The position numbers and the translations under genes were made by a program. A DNA stretch of 57,128 nucleotides from Ferruginibacter sp. (GTDB taxonomy: Bacteria; Bacteroidota; Bacteroidia; Chitinophagales; Chitinophagaceae). Location: contig JBIKOV010000001.1 in the NCBI GenBank assembly GCA_044357815.1, forward strand, positions 1 to 57,128, given 5' to 3'. The notes beneath the pieces were generated by a model, which saw nothing but the letters and a program-made list of their open reading frames with translations, did not search any database and was not told where the DNA came from. This document shows positions 1 through 8,851 of the stretch, piece after piece (position 1 is the first letter of the stretch; every line of letters begins with the position of its first letter).

Positions 1-57
1 AAATTGAGGTGAATAATGCTATATTGAAAGTGAACGTACTTAAAAATTCAAATTAGT

Positions 58-1140
58 ATGGCGACAAAAAAGCAGCTGCCAGTAAAAGCAGTAAAAAAAA
101 CGGGAAAACCTATTGCAAAAAAAGCCGCTCCACCAGTAAAATCTACCCCTAAAAAGGTGGTTAAAGTAGCTCCAGCAAAAAAAACTGCTCCTAAAAAGGT
201 AGCAACTAAGCCTATCCAAAAAAAGGTAATCAAAGTTGCCCCTAAAAAAGTTTTTGCTAAACCTGTGGCCAAGAAAGCAATCGCTAAACCTTTAGCTAAA
301 AAAGTGGTAGCTAAGCCTATTGCTAAAAAAGTATTAGTCAAATCAGTTGCAAAAAAGGCAGTAGCTAAAGTTGCCCCTAAAAAGGTAATCAAACCTGCTC
401 CGAAATCTATAAAAACCCCAGCAAAAGCAGCTCCCAAAAAAGCTGTTCCAGCAAAAAAAGTTCCAATACTTATAAAAAAACCGATTATTAACAAGGCTCA
501 ATCGGTGAAAAGTATTCCCCCAAAAGCTGCCAAACCAGCTAGTATAATTATGGCGAAAAAAGTTGAAAGTAATACACCTGCAGTAAAACCTGCAATTATT
601 AAAGTTGTTTCGGTAAAACCTGTTCCTGAGGTAAAAGCAAAAGATATTAAAGTTCCAGCGCCAAAACCTGTGGTAATTCCCAAGATTTTGACTAAAACAG
701 TTCGTAAATATCAACCCGAATTTACCAAATCTGTATTAGATAAAGCGCAAAGAGATCCTGGAGCTCCTTCACAGCGATACAGCGATGTTGAATTACATGA
801 ATTCAGAGAGCTGATCCACCGCAAACTAGAAGCTGCTAAAAAAGAATTGTCATATTTACATGGCCTAATTACACGTAAAGATGAATTGGGAGGTGATGAA
901 AGCGACAACCGCTATATGACTATGGAAGATGGAAGTCTTAGCATGGAAAGAGAACAGTTGAGCCAAATGGCTAGTCGCCAGATTACTTTTATCGACCACC
1001 TTGAAAAAGCAATTATGCGCATTGAAAATAAAACATATGGCATTTGCCGCGTTACAGGCAGACTCATCGACAAAGCAAGGTTACGGGCTGTACCACATGC
1101 AACCCTTAGCATAGAAGCAAAGATGAGTTCCGGTAAATAA
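58..1140 (+). CDS. dksA: DksA/TraR family transcription factor with long Lys/Ala/Pro-rich histone-H1-like N-terminal extension
   Basis: C-terminal coiled coil followed by YGICRVTGRLIDKARLRAVPHATLSIEAK (DksA/TraR C-terminal domain, only one Cys retained); first ~210 aa are AKK/PKK low-complexity repeats. Confidence 0.85.
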   Translation: MATKKQLPVKAVKKTGKPIAKKAAPPVKSTPKKVVKVAPAKKTAPKKVATKPIQKKVIKVAPKKVFAKPVAKKAIAKPLAKKVVAKPIAKKVLVKSVAKKAVAKVAPKKVIKPAPKSIKTPAKAAPKKAVPAKKVPILIKKPIINKAQSVKSIPPKAAKPASIIMAKKVESNTPAVKPAIIKVVSVKPVPEVKAKDIKVPAPKPVVIPKILTKTVRKYQPEFTKSVLDKAQRDPGAPSQRYSDVELHEFRELIHRKLEAAKKELSYLHGLITRKDELGGDESDNRYMTMEDGSLSMEREQLSQMASRQITFIDHLEKAIMRIENKTYGICRVTGRLIDKARLRAVPHATLSIEAKMSSGK

Positions 1141-1174
1141 ATAACTGTTACTTCAATAAGTAACCTTGGTACTA

Positions 1175-1208
1175 CAAAAAAAGAGAACGAAAACGTTCTC
1201 TTTTTTTG
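1175..1208. terminator. Intrinsic terminator after dksA (symmetric, potentially bidirectional)
   Basis: caaaaaaagagaacg-aaaa-cgttctctttttttg perfect stem with A and T tracts. Confidence 0.85.
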
Positions 1209-1358
1209 TGTGATCCGACATTTTTAAATTAAATCTATTTCTAGATCCACTTAATCGATAAGTGCTATTCATTTTCAATATAGCCGATTCCTATAAAAAG
1301 AACAAGACCAAAAAGTAAAATCTTCCCCTATTTTTAAGTTCCCCTTCTGCTAAAAACT

Positions 1359-1366
1359 TACATTTG
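1359..1366 (+). promoter_or_regulatory. Bacteroidota sigma-A -7 element (TAnnTTTG)
   Basis: TACATTTG ending 19 nt before ATG 1386. Confidence 0.6.
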
Positions 1367-1385
1367 CCTTCTACATAACTAATAT

Positions 1386-2555
1386 ATGCAGCTAATTCCA
1401 GTAAACAACCGTGCCACTGCTCAACAATTTTTACAGGTGGCAGTGGAATTATATAAAAGCGATCCAAAGTGGATTCGACCCCTTGACAAGGATATCAATG
1501 AGGTTTTTGATGCTAAAAAAAACAAAGCCTTCCGCTTTGGAGAAGTTGAACGCTGGATACTAATGGATAATGAGGGAAAGCTAATAGGCAGAATTGCAGC
1601 TTTTATCAACCAAAAATATAAAAACAAAGGCGACGACGTGCCCGTGGGAGGTGTCGGTTTTTTTGAATCCATCAATAATCAGCAGGCGGCCGACTTATTA
1701 CTGGATAATGCCAAACATTGGCTGATACAAAAAGGTATGGAAGCAATGGATGGGCCAATCAATTTTGGCGAAAGAGATAAATGGTGGGGGCTAGTTACCC
1801 AAGGCTTTGATGAACCGATGTATGGAATGAATTACAATCCACCCTATTACAAAGCGTTACTTGAAAACTATGGTTTCAAAGCTTTCTTTCACCAGATTTG
1901 CTTTGGACTTCATCCAAAGGCACCACTTCAAAAAAAGATCCATGAGCGACATGCTGTATATGACAACAATCCCGACTTTAGCTCCAAACACATAAAAAAA
2001 GATCAACTCGAATCATTTGCAGTTGACTTCACAACTGTTTACAATAAAGCATGGGCAGGGCATGGGGGCTTAAAACAAATGGCCAAAGAACAAGTATTGC
2101 TACTTTTTAAAACAATGAAGCCGGTAATGGATGAAAAGCTAATTTGGTTTGCCTACCACAAAAATGAGCCGATTGCCATGTTTGTAAATATCCCAGATTT
2201 AAATCAGTGGTTTAAATATTTAAATGGAAAGTTTGATCTATTTCATAAACTAAAATTTTTATGGATTAAAAAATTTAAACCCAATAAAAAATTTAGTGGA
2301 ATCGTATTTGGAGTAGTTCCGGAATGGCAGGGAAAAGGAATTGATGCCTATATCATCGGCGAAGCCGCTAAACTCATCCAACACCCGGGTGTAGCGTATA
2401 CTCAATATGAAATGCAATGGATTGGAGATTTTAACCCCAAAATGATCAATGTGGCAGAAGGGCTAGGTGAAACCTTTCGCAGTAGAAACCTTACCACCTA
2501 TCGGTATTTATTCGACAGAACAAAAGAATTTAAACGACATCCGATGCTATCTTAG
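1386..2555 (+). CDS. GNAT-fold protein of the YghO / bacterial ceramide synthase-like family
   Basis: Motifs GRIAAF, GFFE, MDGPIN, GFDEPMYGMNYNPPYY, GVVPEWQGKG (acyl-CoA binding Q/RxxG), WIGDFNPKM. Confidence 0.65.
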   Translation: MQLIPVNNRATAQQFLQVAVELYKSDPKWIRPLDKDINEVFDAKKNKAFRFGEVERWILMDNEGKLIGRIAAFINQKYKNKGDDVPVGGVGFFESINNQQAADLLLDNAKHWLIQKGMEAMDGPINFGERDKWWGLVTQGFDEPMYGMNYNPPYYKALLENYGFKAFFHQICFGLHPKAPLQKKIHERHAVYDNNPDFSSKHIKKDQLESFAVDFTTVYNKAWAGHGGLKQMAKEQVLLLFKTMKPVMDEKLIWFAYHKNEPIAMFVNIPDLNQWFKYLNGKFDLFHKLKFLWIKKFKPNKKFSGIVFGVVPEWQGKGIDAYIIGEAAKLIQHPGVAYTQYEMQWIGDFNPKMINVAEGLGETFRSRNLTTYRYLFDRTKEFKRHPMLS

Positions 2556-2720
2556 CAAATACCTACAAATGATTGCTGAAAAAGGAATGTAATTTTCCAC
2601 TGAACAGCTTAATAAGTAGTTTTAAGGCAGATAGCTTTTTATCAAAAAGAGGGAAGGGTTTATTAACTTGCATCTATAATAACCAGTCAAAATCATTCTG
2701 CCCTTGGGTAGTTTCACTAT

Positions 2721-4535
2721 ATGGATAAATTCATTGTTTCTGCACGAAAATATCGGCCGCAGATTTTTTCTACGGTAGTTGGGCAATCGCACATCACTAC
2801 CACACTCAAGAATGCCATTAAAAATAATCAGCTTGCACATGCTTTTTTATTTTGTGGCCCAAGAGGGGTGGGTAAAACTACCTGTGCTAGAATTTTGGCA
2901 AAGACCATCAACTGTGAAACGCGCACCAAAGATGGTGAAGCCTGTAATAATTGTAACAGCTGCATTTCATTTGATGCTGGCACCTCTTTGAATATACATG
3001 AACTCGATGCGGCCAGCAATAATTCGGTGGATGATATTAGAAGCTTGGTTGAACAGGTTCGCTTTGCTCCACAGGCAGGCAAATACAAAGTGTACATTGT
3101 GGATGAGGTTCATATGCTTAGCTCCTCAGCCTTCAATGCATTTTTAAAGACACTAGAAGAGCCCCCACCCTATGCCATCTTCATTCTGGCGACCACTGAA
3201 AAGCATAAAATACTACCTACCATATTAAGTCGATGCCAGATATTTGATTTCAAACGCATCACCAATAATGATACGGTTGAGCACTTACAAGAAATTTGCG
3301 ACAAGGAATCCATTACAGCAGAGAAAACAGCACTTCATGTAATCGCTCAAAAAAGCGAGGGTTGTATGCGGGATTCGCTAAGTATCCTAGATAAAATAGT
3401 AAGTTTTACCAATGGTGCCGTTACCTATAAAAACACGCTGGAACACCTGAATATTTTAGATGAAGATTACTATTTTCAGCTCTTAGATTTTGTGCAACAG
3501 CAGGATTTAAGTAGTGCGCTACTCATGTTTGATGAAATCAATCGCAAGGGTTTTGAAGGCGATTTAGTATTGAATGGATTTGCTGAATTTTTGCGTAACC
3601 TACTAGTGAGTCGCGATCCAAAAGTAGCGATGCTGTTGGAAGTTGCAGAAGATTTCAAACAAAAATATTTACAAACCGCTCAAAAAATCTCTCCTGCTTT
3701 TACGGTCAGTGCACTGAATATACTAAATGAAGCAGAGATTAATTATAAGCAGGCACGCAATAAACGTTTGCATGTAGAATTAACCATCATTAAATTAAGT
3801 TACCTCCAACAGGCATTAGAACTGGTAAATAATGATGGAGTGGTAAGTAAAAAAAAAATAATTGAAGGTGCAAAAACAGTGGCTTTTAGGGCATTACCCA
3901 TCATTGCTCTCCCCGTTTCTGCCATCGCAACTGCCCCTACCGATGTGTCAAAATCGAAACCTATTGCAGAGGCAAAACTCATCATTGAAGTACCTAAGGA
4001 AATAAAAAAAGTTGCTGCGCAACATACAATGGCTAAACAGGATTCAACAATCGTTCAGCCGCCGCTCCCTTCATCCGAAACTAAAACCTCACTAGGTTCA
4101 TTACTTAGCATTCGTAATCAGATAACAAAGAAAAATAAAGAAGGTGATACAGAAAGCAAGCTTTTATCTGAAGAGCAGCTAAATGCCTGTTGGAACTTAT
4201 TTATTGAAAAACTTAGGTCAAAAAATAATTATTCCGCTGTAACCAATTTTAGGGCAGCAGAATTAAAAGTCATCGATCCAAATACCATTGAGATCATTAC
4301 CCAAGGAGAAATTCACAAAGCCTTTATCGAAGTAGAAAGGGCAGAATTGGTAACCCATATTCAGGAATATTTCAATAACCGGCAATTGGTTTACCAGGTG
4401 GCAGTAATTGAAAAAGAAGAAAAAATGGATGCAGGAGAAATTGTATTAAATAGGAAACAGCAATACCTGAAGATCATTGAAACGTATCCGCTGGTAAAAG
4501 AATTGAAGGAAAGATTAAAGCTAGAACTGGAATAA
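2721..4535 (+). CDS. dnaX: DNA polymerase III subunit gamma/tau
   Basis: ARKYRP, Walker A GPRGVGKTT, Zn module CxxCxxC, ELDAAS, DEVHM, SRC motif, then linker and C-terminal domain. Confidence 0.97.
   Translation: MDKFIVSARKYRPQIFSTVVGQSHITTTLKNAIKNNQLAHAFLFCGPRGVGKTTCARILAKTINCETRTKDGEACNNCNSCISFDAGTSLNIHELDAASNNSVDDIRSLVEQVRFAPQAGKYKVYIVDEVHMLSSSAFNAFLKTLEEPPPYAIFILATTEKHKILPTILSRCQIFDFKRITNNDTVEHLQEICDKESITAEKTALHVIAQKSEGCMRDSLSILDKIVSFTNGAVTYKNTLEHLNILDEDYYFQLLDFVQQQDLSSALLMFDEINRKGFEGDLVLNGFAEFLRNLLVSRDPKVAMLLEVAEDFKQKYLQTAQKISPAFTVSALNILNEAEINYKQARNKRLHVELTIIKLSYLQQALELVNNDGVVSKKKIIEGAKTVAFRALPIIALPVSAIATAPTDVSKSKPIAEAKLIIEVPKEIKKVAAQHTMAKQDSTIVQPPLPSSETKTSLGSLLSIRNQITKKNKEGDTESKLLSEEQLNACWNLFIEKLRSKNNYSAVTNFRAAELKVIDPNTIEIITQGEIHKAFIEVERAELVTHIQEYFNNRQLVYQVAVIEKEEKMDAGEIVLNRKQQYLKIIETYPLVKELKERLKLELE
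3849..3865 (+). other. A10 slippage/frameshift site in dnaX
   Basis: aaaaaaaaaa-taattga: ten A's in frame (KKK-I); TAA follows in one shifted frame and TGA two codons later in the other. Confidence 0.7.
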
Positions 4536-4824
4536 TTCTGCCAATGATGATATCTGAGTAGGACATTCTTTTATAGGTGGATATGCCATCTTACAAGTAT
4601 AATTAGCAGCGCTTTGCTAAATTCGAAATGCATTCAGAAACAATGCATCCCCCTAAAATATACCAGTTAATTTATTGCAATGGTTTATTAAAAAGGTATT
4701 TTACTTGAAAAATTAAGTGCTAACCGCTGTTTTCAATCCCCATTTTATTAATCTGGACCAATTATAGCGCATATAATTCCCATTTTTGCATTAATTTCGG
4801 CTTCAATTTAAAACAATAGAAATT

Positions 4825-6456
4825 ATGGCAGAAGTGATTCGCATGCCCCGGATGAGTGATACTATGACAGAAGGTATAATAGTAGAGTGGCATAAAAAGG
4901 TAGGCGACAAGGTAAAATCCGGCGATTTATTAGCAGAAGTAGAAACTGACAAGGCCACAATGGAACTTGAAAGCTATCATGACGGTATTTTATTATATAT
5001 AGGGGTTGAGAAGGGTAAGCCTGCACAAGTAGATGGAATTTTGGCAGTAATTGGAAAAGCAGGCGAAGATTTTGAACCAGCTTTGGCTGCTGCACCCAAA
5101 GCTCAGCCAGCAATTGTAGCTGAAGAGAAAATTGAACCGGCAGCAAGTTTCGTTGCTACCAAAGTAGCATTACCCGAAGGAGCACATGAAATCAGGATGC
5201 CATTGCTAAGCGATACTATGACTGAAGGGAAAATTATTGCTTGGAACAAAAAAATAGGGGATAATGTAAAAAGTGATGATGTGCTGGCCGATGTAGAAAC
5301 AGATAAAGCTACCATGGAAGTAGTAGGATACGAGGAAGGTACATTGCTATATATTGGGGTAGAAGCAGGCAGTGCAGCAAAAATAAATGAGATTATCGCC
5401 ATTGTAGGAAAAAAAGGAACTGATGTCAGTGCTTATGTAGCAGCAGAAAAATCTGGAGCTAATTCAGCTACTTCAAATGTTTCCCAGCCTGCAAGCACTA
5501 CTGCAACCACTACTGCTGCGCAACCTACAGTGAATATTGAATCAGACGTATTTGATTCATCTAATGAAAGGATTAAAGCCTCTCCGCTAGCCAAAAAATT
5601 AGCTGCCGATAAAGGCATCGATATTAATAAAATAACTGGAACAGGCGACAATGGACGCATAACTAAAAAAGATATCGACAATTATGTACCAGCTTCAGTT
5701 TCTGCTGCGCCGGCTTCTGTATCAACTCCGCCAGCTGCAAAATCTGTAGCACCCGCTTTCATCGCCAATGGCCAGGAAGGATATACTGATACTGCATTAA
5801 CACAAATGCGCAAAGTAATTGCAAGACGCTTAGGCGAAAGTAAATTTACTGCACCGCATTTTTACCTAACCATGGAGATAAACATGGATAATGCCATGGC
5901 TTCACGGGGAACAATGAACGAAGTAAGTCCTGTAAAAATCTCCTTTAATGACATGATAATAAAAGCCGCTGCAATGTCGCTTCGGCTGCACCCGGATGTA
6001 AACAGCAGCTGGATGGGTGATTTTATCCGACACAACCACCATATTCACATTGGATCTGCCCTAGCGCTACCAGAAGGATTAATTGTTCCGGTAATCCGTT
6101 TTGCTGATCAAAAATCATTGTCGCAAATAGCTGCCGATGCAAAAGAATTGTACGGAAAGGCAAAAGATAAAAAACTTCAACCGGCCGAATTTAGTGGCAA
6201 TACTTTCACCATTTCTAATTTGGGGATGATGGATATAGAAGAATTTACTGCCATCATTAACCCGCCTGACAGTGCCATCTTAGCAGTAGGTGCTATCAAA
6301 GAGAAAGTGGTAAAAAAAGGCGATGGCTTTGCCGTGACCAATGTAATGAAACTTACCTTAAGCTGTGACCACAGAAGTGTGGATGGAGCTGTGGGAGCAG
6401 CTTTTTTAGGGACACTGAAAAAGTTTTTGGAAAATCCAGTCACCATGCTGGTATAA
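4825..6456 (+). CDS. pdhC: Pyruvate dehydrogenase E2, dihydrolipoamide acetyltransferase (two lipoyl domains)
   Basis: Two ETDKATME lipoyl motifs, ASPLAKKLA E3-binding domain, catalytic DHRSVDG. Confidence 0.95.
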   Translation: MAEVIRMPRMSDTMTEGIIVEWHKKVGDKVKSGDLLAEVETDKATMELESYHDGILLYIGVEKGKPAQVDGILAVIGKAGEDFEPALAAAPKAQPAIVAEEKIEPAASFVATKVALPEGAHEIRMPLLSDTMTEGKIIAWNKKIGDNVKSDDVLADVETDKATMEVVGYEEGTLLYIGVEAGSAAKINEIIAIVGKKGTDVSAYVAAEKSGANSATSNVSQPASTTATTTAAQPTVNIESDVFDSSNERIKASPLAKKLAADKGIDINKITGTGDNGRITKKDIDNYVPASVSAAPASVSTPPAAKSVAPAFIANGQEGYTDTALTQMRKVIARRLGESKFTAPHFYLTMEINMDNAMASRGTMNEVSPVKISFNDMIIKAAAMSLRLHPDVNSSWMGDFIRHNHHIHIGSALALPEGLIVPVIRFADQKSLSQIAADAKELYGKAKDKKLQPAEFSGNTFTISNLGMMDIEEFTAIINPPDSAILAVGAIKEKVVKKGDGFAVTNVMKLTLSCDHRSVDGAVGAAFLGTLKKFLENPVTMLV

Positions 6457-6468
6457 TCCATTAAGTAT

Positions 6469-6509
6469 AAAAAAGAGGCGCTGATTACCTAATTAGCGCC
6501 TCTTTTTTT
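6469..6509 (+). terminator. Intrinsic terminator after pdhC
   Basis: aaaaaagaggcgctgatt-acct-aattagcgcctcttttttt stem-loop with T tract. Confidence 0.85.
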
Positions 6510-6522
6510 CTTTGTGAATACA

Positions 6523-6575
6523 GAGATGTCATCTCCTCAAAAAAGATGTCATCTCCTCAAAAAAGATGTCATCTC
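6523..6575. repeat. 20-bp tandem repeat (about 2.6 copies), each copy containing palindrome AGATG-T-CATCT
   Basis: gagatgtcatctcctcaaaaa agatgtcatctcctcaaaaa agatgtcatctc. Confidence 0.9.
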
Positions 6576-6603
6576 TATATTCAACCAATCCCTTTTAACC
6601 AGA

Positions 6604-7002
6604 ATGGATACTCACCCAATTATATTATTCGACGGCATTTGCAACCTTTGTAATAGTGCCGTAAGCTTTGTAATTAAAAGAGATGAAAAATCCGTCATTC
6701 AATTTGCTGCCTTACAAACAGACCCAGCCAAAAAATTGCTTGAACAATTTAATTTACCAACCCAGTCTATCAATTCATTGATATTGATTGAAAAGGGGGT
6801 GATGTATACCCAATCTACCGCCGTGCTTAAAATTTGCAAACATTTAAATGGCCTATGGCCGCTTTTATATGGCCTGGTAATAGTGCCGAAATTTATTAGA
6901 AATGGAATCTATCAATGGATCGCAACCAACCGATACCAATGGTTTGGTAAACAAGAAAAATGCATGGTGCCCAGCCCTGAACTGAGTGCCCGATTTTTAT
7001 AA
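6604..7002 (+). CDS. DCC1-like thiol-disulfide oxidoreductase (YuxK/DUF393 family)
   Basis: IILFDGICNLCN (DxxCxxC), FAALQ, RNGIYQWIATNRYQWFG; start placed at ATG 6604 rather than GTG 6514. Confidence 0.88.
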   Translation: MDTHPIILFDGICNLCNSAVSFVIKRDEKSVIQFAALQTDPAKKLLEQFNLPTQSINSLILIEKGVMYTQSTAVLKICKHLNGLWPLLYGLVIVPKFIRNGIYQWIATNRYQWFGKQEKCMVPSPELSARFL

Positions 7003-7022
7003 TGACTACATAAAAGATAAAC

Positions 7023-7388
7023 ATGGAAAAGAAAAAAACGTTGGTCATTGGGGCATCCGAAAACCCTTCGAGATACAGCTACCTCGCGGTACAAAAATTA
7101 ACCACCCACCAATATCCCGTTATTGCACTGGGTCTAAAAAAAGGCAGTATTGGAAATATTGAAATCGAAACTGAGAAAAAAAAATTTGAACAAATCGATA
7201 CGATTACCCTCTATATTAACCCCCTCCATCAAAAAGCCTATTACGACTATATTCTATCGCTTGAGCCTAAGCGGATTATTTTTAACCCTGGTACTGAAAA
7301 TGATGAATTAGTTACGCTAGCCAAACAAAATGGAATTCAATGCCTAGAAGCCTGTACACTTGTTTTATTAAGTACGGGCCAATATTAA
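7023..7388 (+). CDS. CoA-binding protein (YccU-like)
   Basis: TLVIGASENPSRYSY, DTITLY, RIIFNPGTEN, EACTLV. Confidence 0.88.
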   Translation: MEKKKTLVIGASENPSRYSYLAVQKLTTHQYPVIALGLKKGSIGNIEIETEKKKFEQIDTITLYINPLHQKAYYDYILSLEPKRIIFNPGTENDELVTLAKQNGIQCLEACTLVLLSTGQY

Positions 7389-7557
7389 TTTTACTTTGAT
7401 ACATTGGCTTTTTGTTGCCATTTCGAAAACACGCAACGCTCCCCATTTGCCCCAAAGCCATCAGATACCCGTCCATAGAGGGTATCAAGGTTAAATAATC
7501 ATACTACTTTGATGGATGTATTTAATATTTCGGTAACTTTAGAAAACCCCATTTTAT

Positions 7558-8031
7558 ATGTTATGGAGAAAATTCAATGGAGACCCCATTCAACTACCCA
7601 TCAAAACAGCGGTGGAGGAAGCGATTTCAAAAGAAATAAATGCAGGCTGTCACTTAAAAGTTTGCATTGGAACAGATAGCCAAGTAAAAGGTAAAGAAAC
7701 CGAATTTGCCACGGTAATTGTTTTTTTGCGTGAAGGGTGCGGAGGATTTATGTACATTCACAACGATACCAGTTTATTGAAGTACAGCATCAAAGAACGG
7801 ATGCTAGTGGAAGTCGCCAAAAGTATTGAAATTGCTTATGAGCTATGCGATCTTTTCACGCTCTATGATGTAGACATGGAAGTGCATGCCGACATCAATA
7901 CCAATCCCCAATTTAAAAGTAATGAAGCTTTACGCGAGGCAATGGGATATATTTTAGGAATGGGATTTGCATTCAAGGCCAAACCAGAAGCATTCGCTAG
8001 CAGCAGCTGCGCAAATAAAATGGTCAACTAA
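7558..8031 (+). CDS. Ribonuclease H-like YkuK (DUF458) family protein
   Basis: VCIGTDSQ, EVAKS, EVHADIN, KPEAFASS motifs. Confidence 0.8.
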   Translation: MLWRKFNGDPIQLPIKTAVEEAISKEINAGCHLKVCIGTDSQVKGKETEFATVIVFLREGCGGFMYIHNDTSLLKYSIKERMLVEVAKSIEIAYELCDLFTLYDVDMEVHADINTNPQFKSNEALREAMGYILGMGFAFKAKPEAFASSSCANKMVN

Positions 8032-8202
8032 TTGTTTATCAAAAGAAATATTAAAAAAACGCTTTTTTAAAAAGGAGCTTTCCCCTATTTATTCAAGTGA
8101 TCAATCGATCCAGGAGAACTTTTTTGACAAATAATGCCTACTTTTTTCATGCTAATGATTAATCATTTCTAAAAACAAGTGGAATATTGAAGTAACATTG
8201 AA

Positions 8203-8210
8203 TATCTTTG
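8203..8210 (+). promoter_or_regulatory. Bacteroidota -7 element
   Basis: TATCTTTG ending 23 nt before ATG 8234. Confidence 0.6.
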
Positions 8211-8233
8211 CACCACAAAAAAACACAATTAAT

Positions 8234-8683
8234 ATGAGCGAAACAGTACTTACCATAGGTCAAATACATACCAACAAAGGTATCCTGAACTTTGAACTAT
8301 ATGATGATGCAGCCCCGATAGCAGTAGCAAATTTTAAAAAATTAATCAGTGAAGGCTTTTATGATGGGCTTAGTTTTCACAGGGTAATTCCAAATTTTAT
8401 GGTCCAAGGCGGATGCCCAAATGGCACAGGAGCTGGTGGCCCAGGATATACCATTCAATGTGAAACGAAAGGTGCCAAACAATTCCATGATCGTGGAGTA
8501 TTGTCAATGGCACACAGAGGCCCCAACACAGGTGGTTCTCAATTCTTTATTTGTCATAACCGAACTGGTACCCAACATCTAGATGGTGTTCATACCTGCT
8601 TTGGAAAAGTTACAGAAGGAATCGAAATCATCGCCGAAATTCGCGGAGGTGATATTATGGAAAAAGTGATTCTGCTGAATTAA
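8234..8683 (+). CDS. Cyclophilin-type peptidyl-prolyl cis-trans isomerase
   Basis: GFYDGLSFHRVIPNFMVQGG, GVLSMAH, GSQFFI, HLDGVHTCFG; start at ATG 8234. Confidence 0.95.
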   Translation: MSETVLTIGQIHTNKGILNFELYDDAAPIAVANFKKLISEGFYDGLSFHRVIPNFMVQGGCPNGTGAGGPGYTIQCETKGAKQFHDRGVLSMAHRGPNTGGSQFFICHNRTGTQHLDGVHTCFGKVTEGIEIIAEIRGGDIMEKVILLN

Positions 8684-8713
8684 TTATTATAGTCAAAAAT
8701 TTCATACCTCAAT

Positions 8714-8749
8714 AAAACACCCATTGAAAATAATTTCAATGGGTGTTTT
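8714..8749. terminator. Bidirectional intrinsic terminator between convergent cyclophilin gene and engB
   Basis: aaaacacccattgaaa-ataa-tttcaatgggtgtttt. Confidence 0.85.
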
Positions 8750-8851
8750 TATTTACGCAATACGGACAGTTCAGTCCATTGGAAATTCGATTAAAACATA
8801 CACAATTCTCTATCAATATTTCATATCGCTTACAAGCGATAGGTTGATAGT

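Noticed and set aside
48-1112. Minus-strand ORFs opposite dksA, including a hydrophobic 148-aa ORF
   Set aside because: Antisense shadows of the Lys/Ala repeat (AAA/GCT read as Phe/Leu/Ala); no independent evidence of a gene.
1341-1350. ccccttctgc upstream of the GNAT gene also occurs in the engB/menG palindrome arms
   Set aside because: Only 10 bp and at a different spacing from the -7 element; cannot be distinguished from chance without a genome-wide count.
6523-6575. Possible mini-CRISPR
   Set aside because: Units are directly tandem with identical linkers, only 20 bp long, and there are no cas genes.
6514-6603. N-terminal extension of the DCC protein from GTG 6514
   Set aside because: Runs through the 20-bp non-coding repeat; the family domain begins at ATG 6604.
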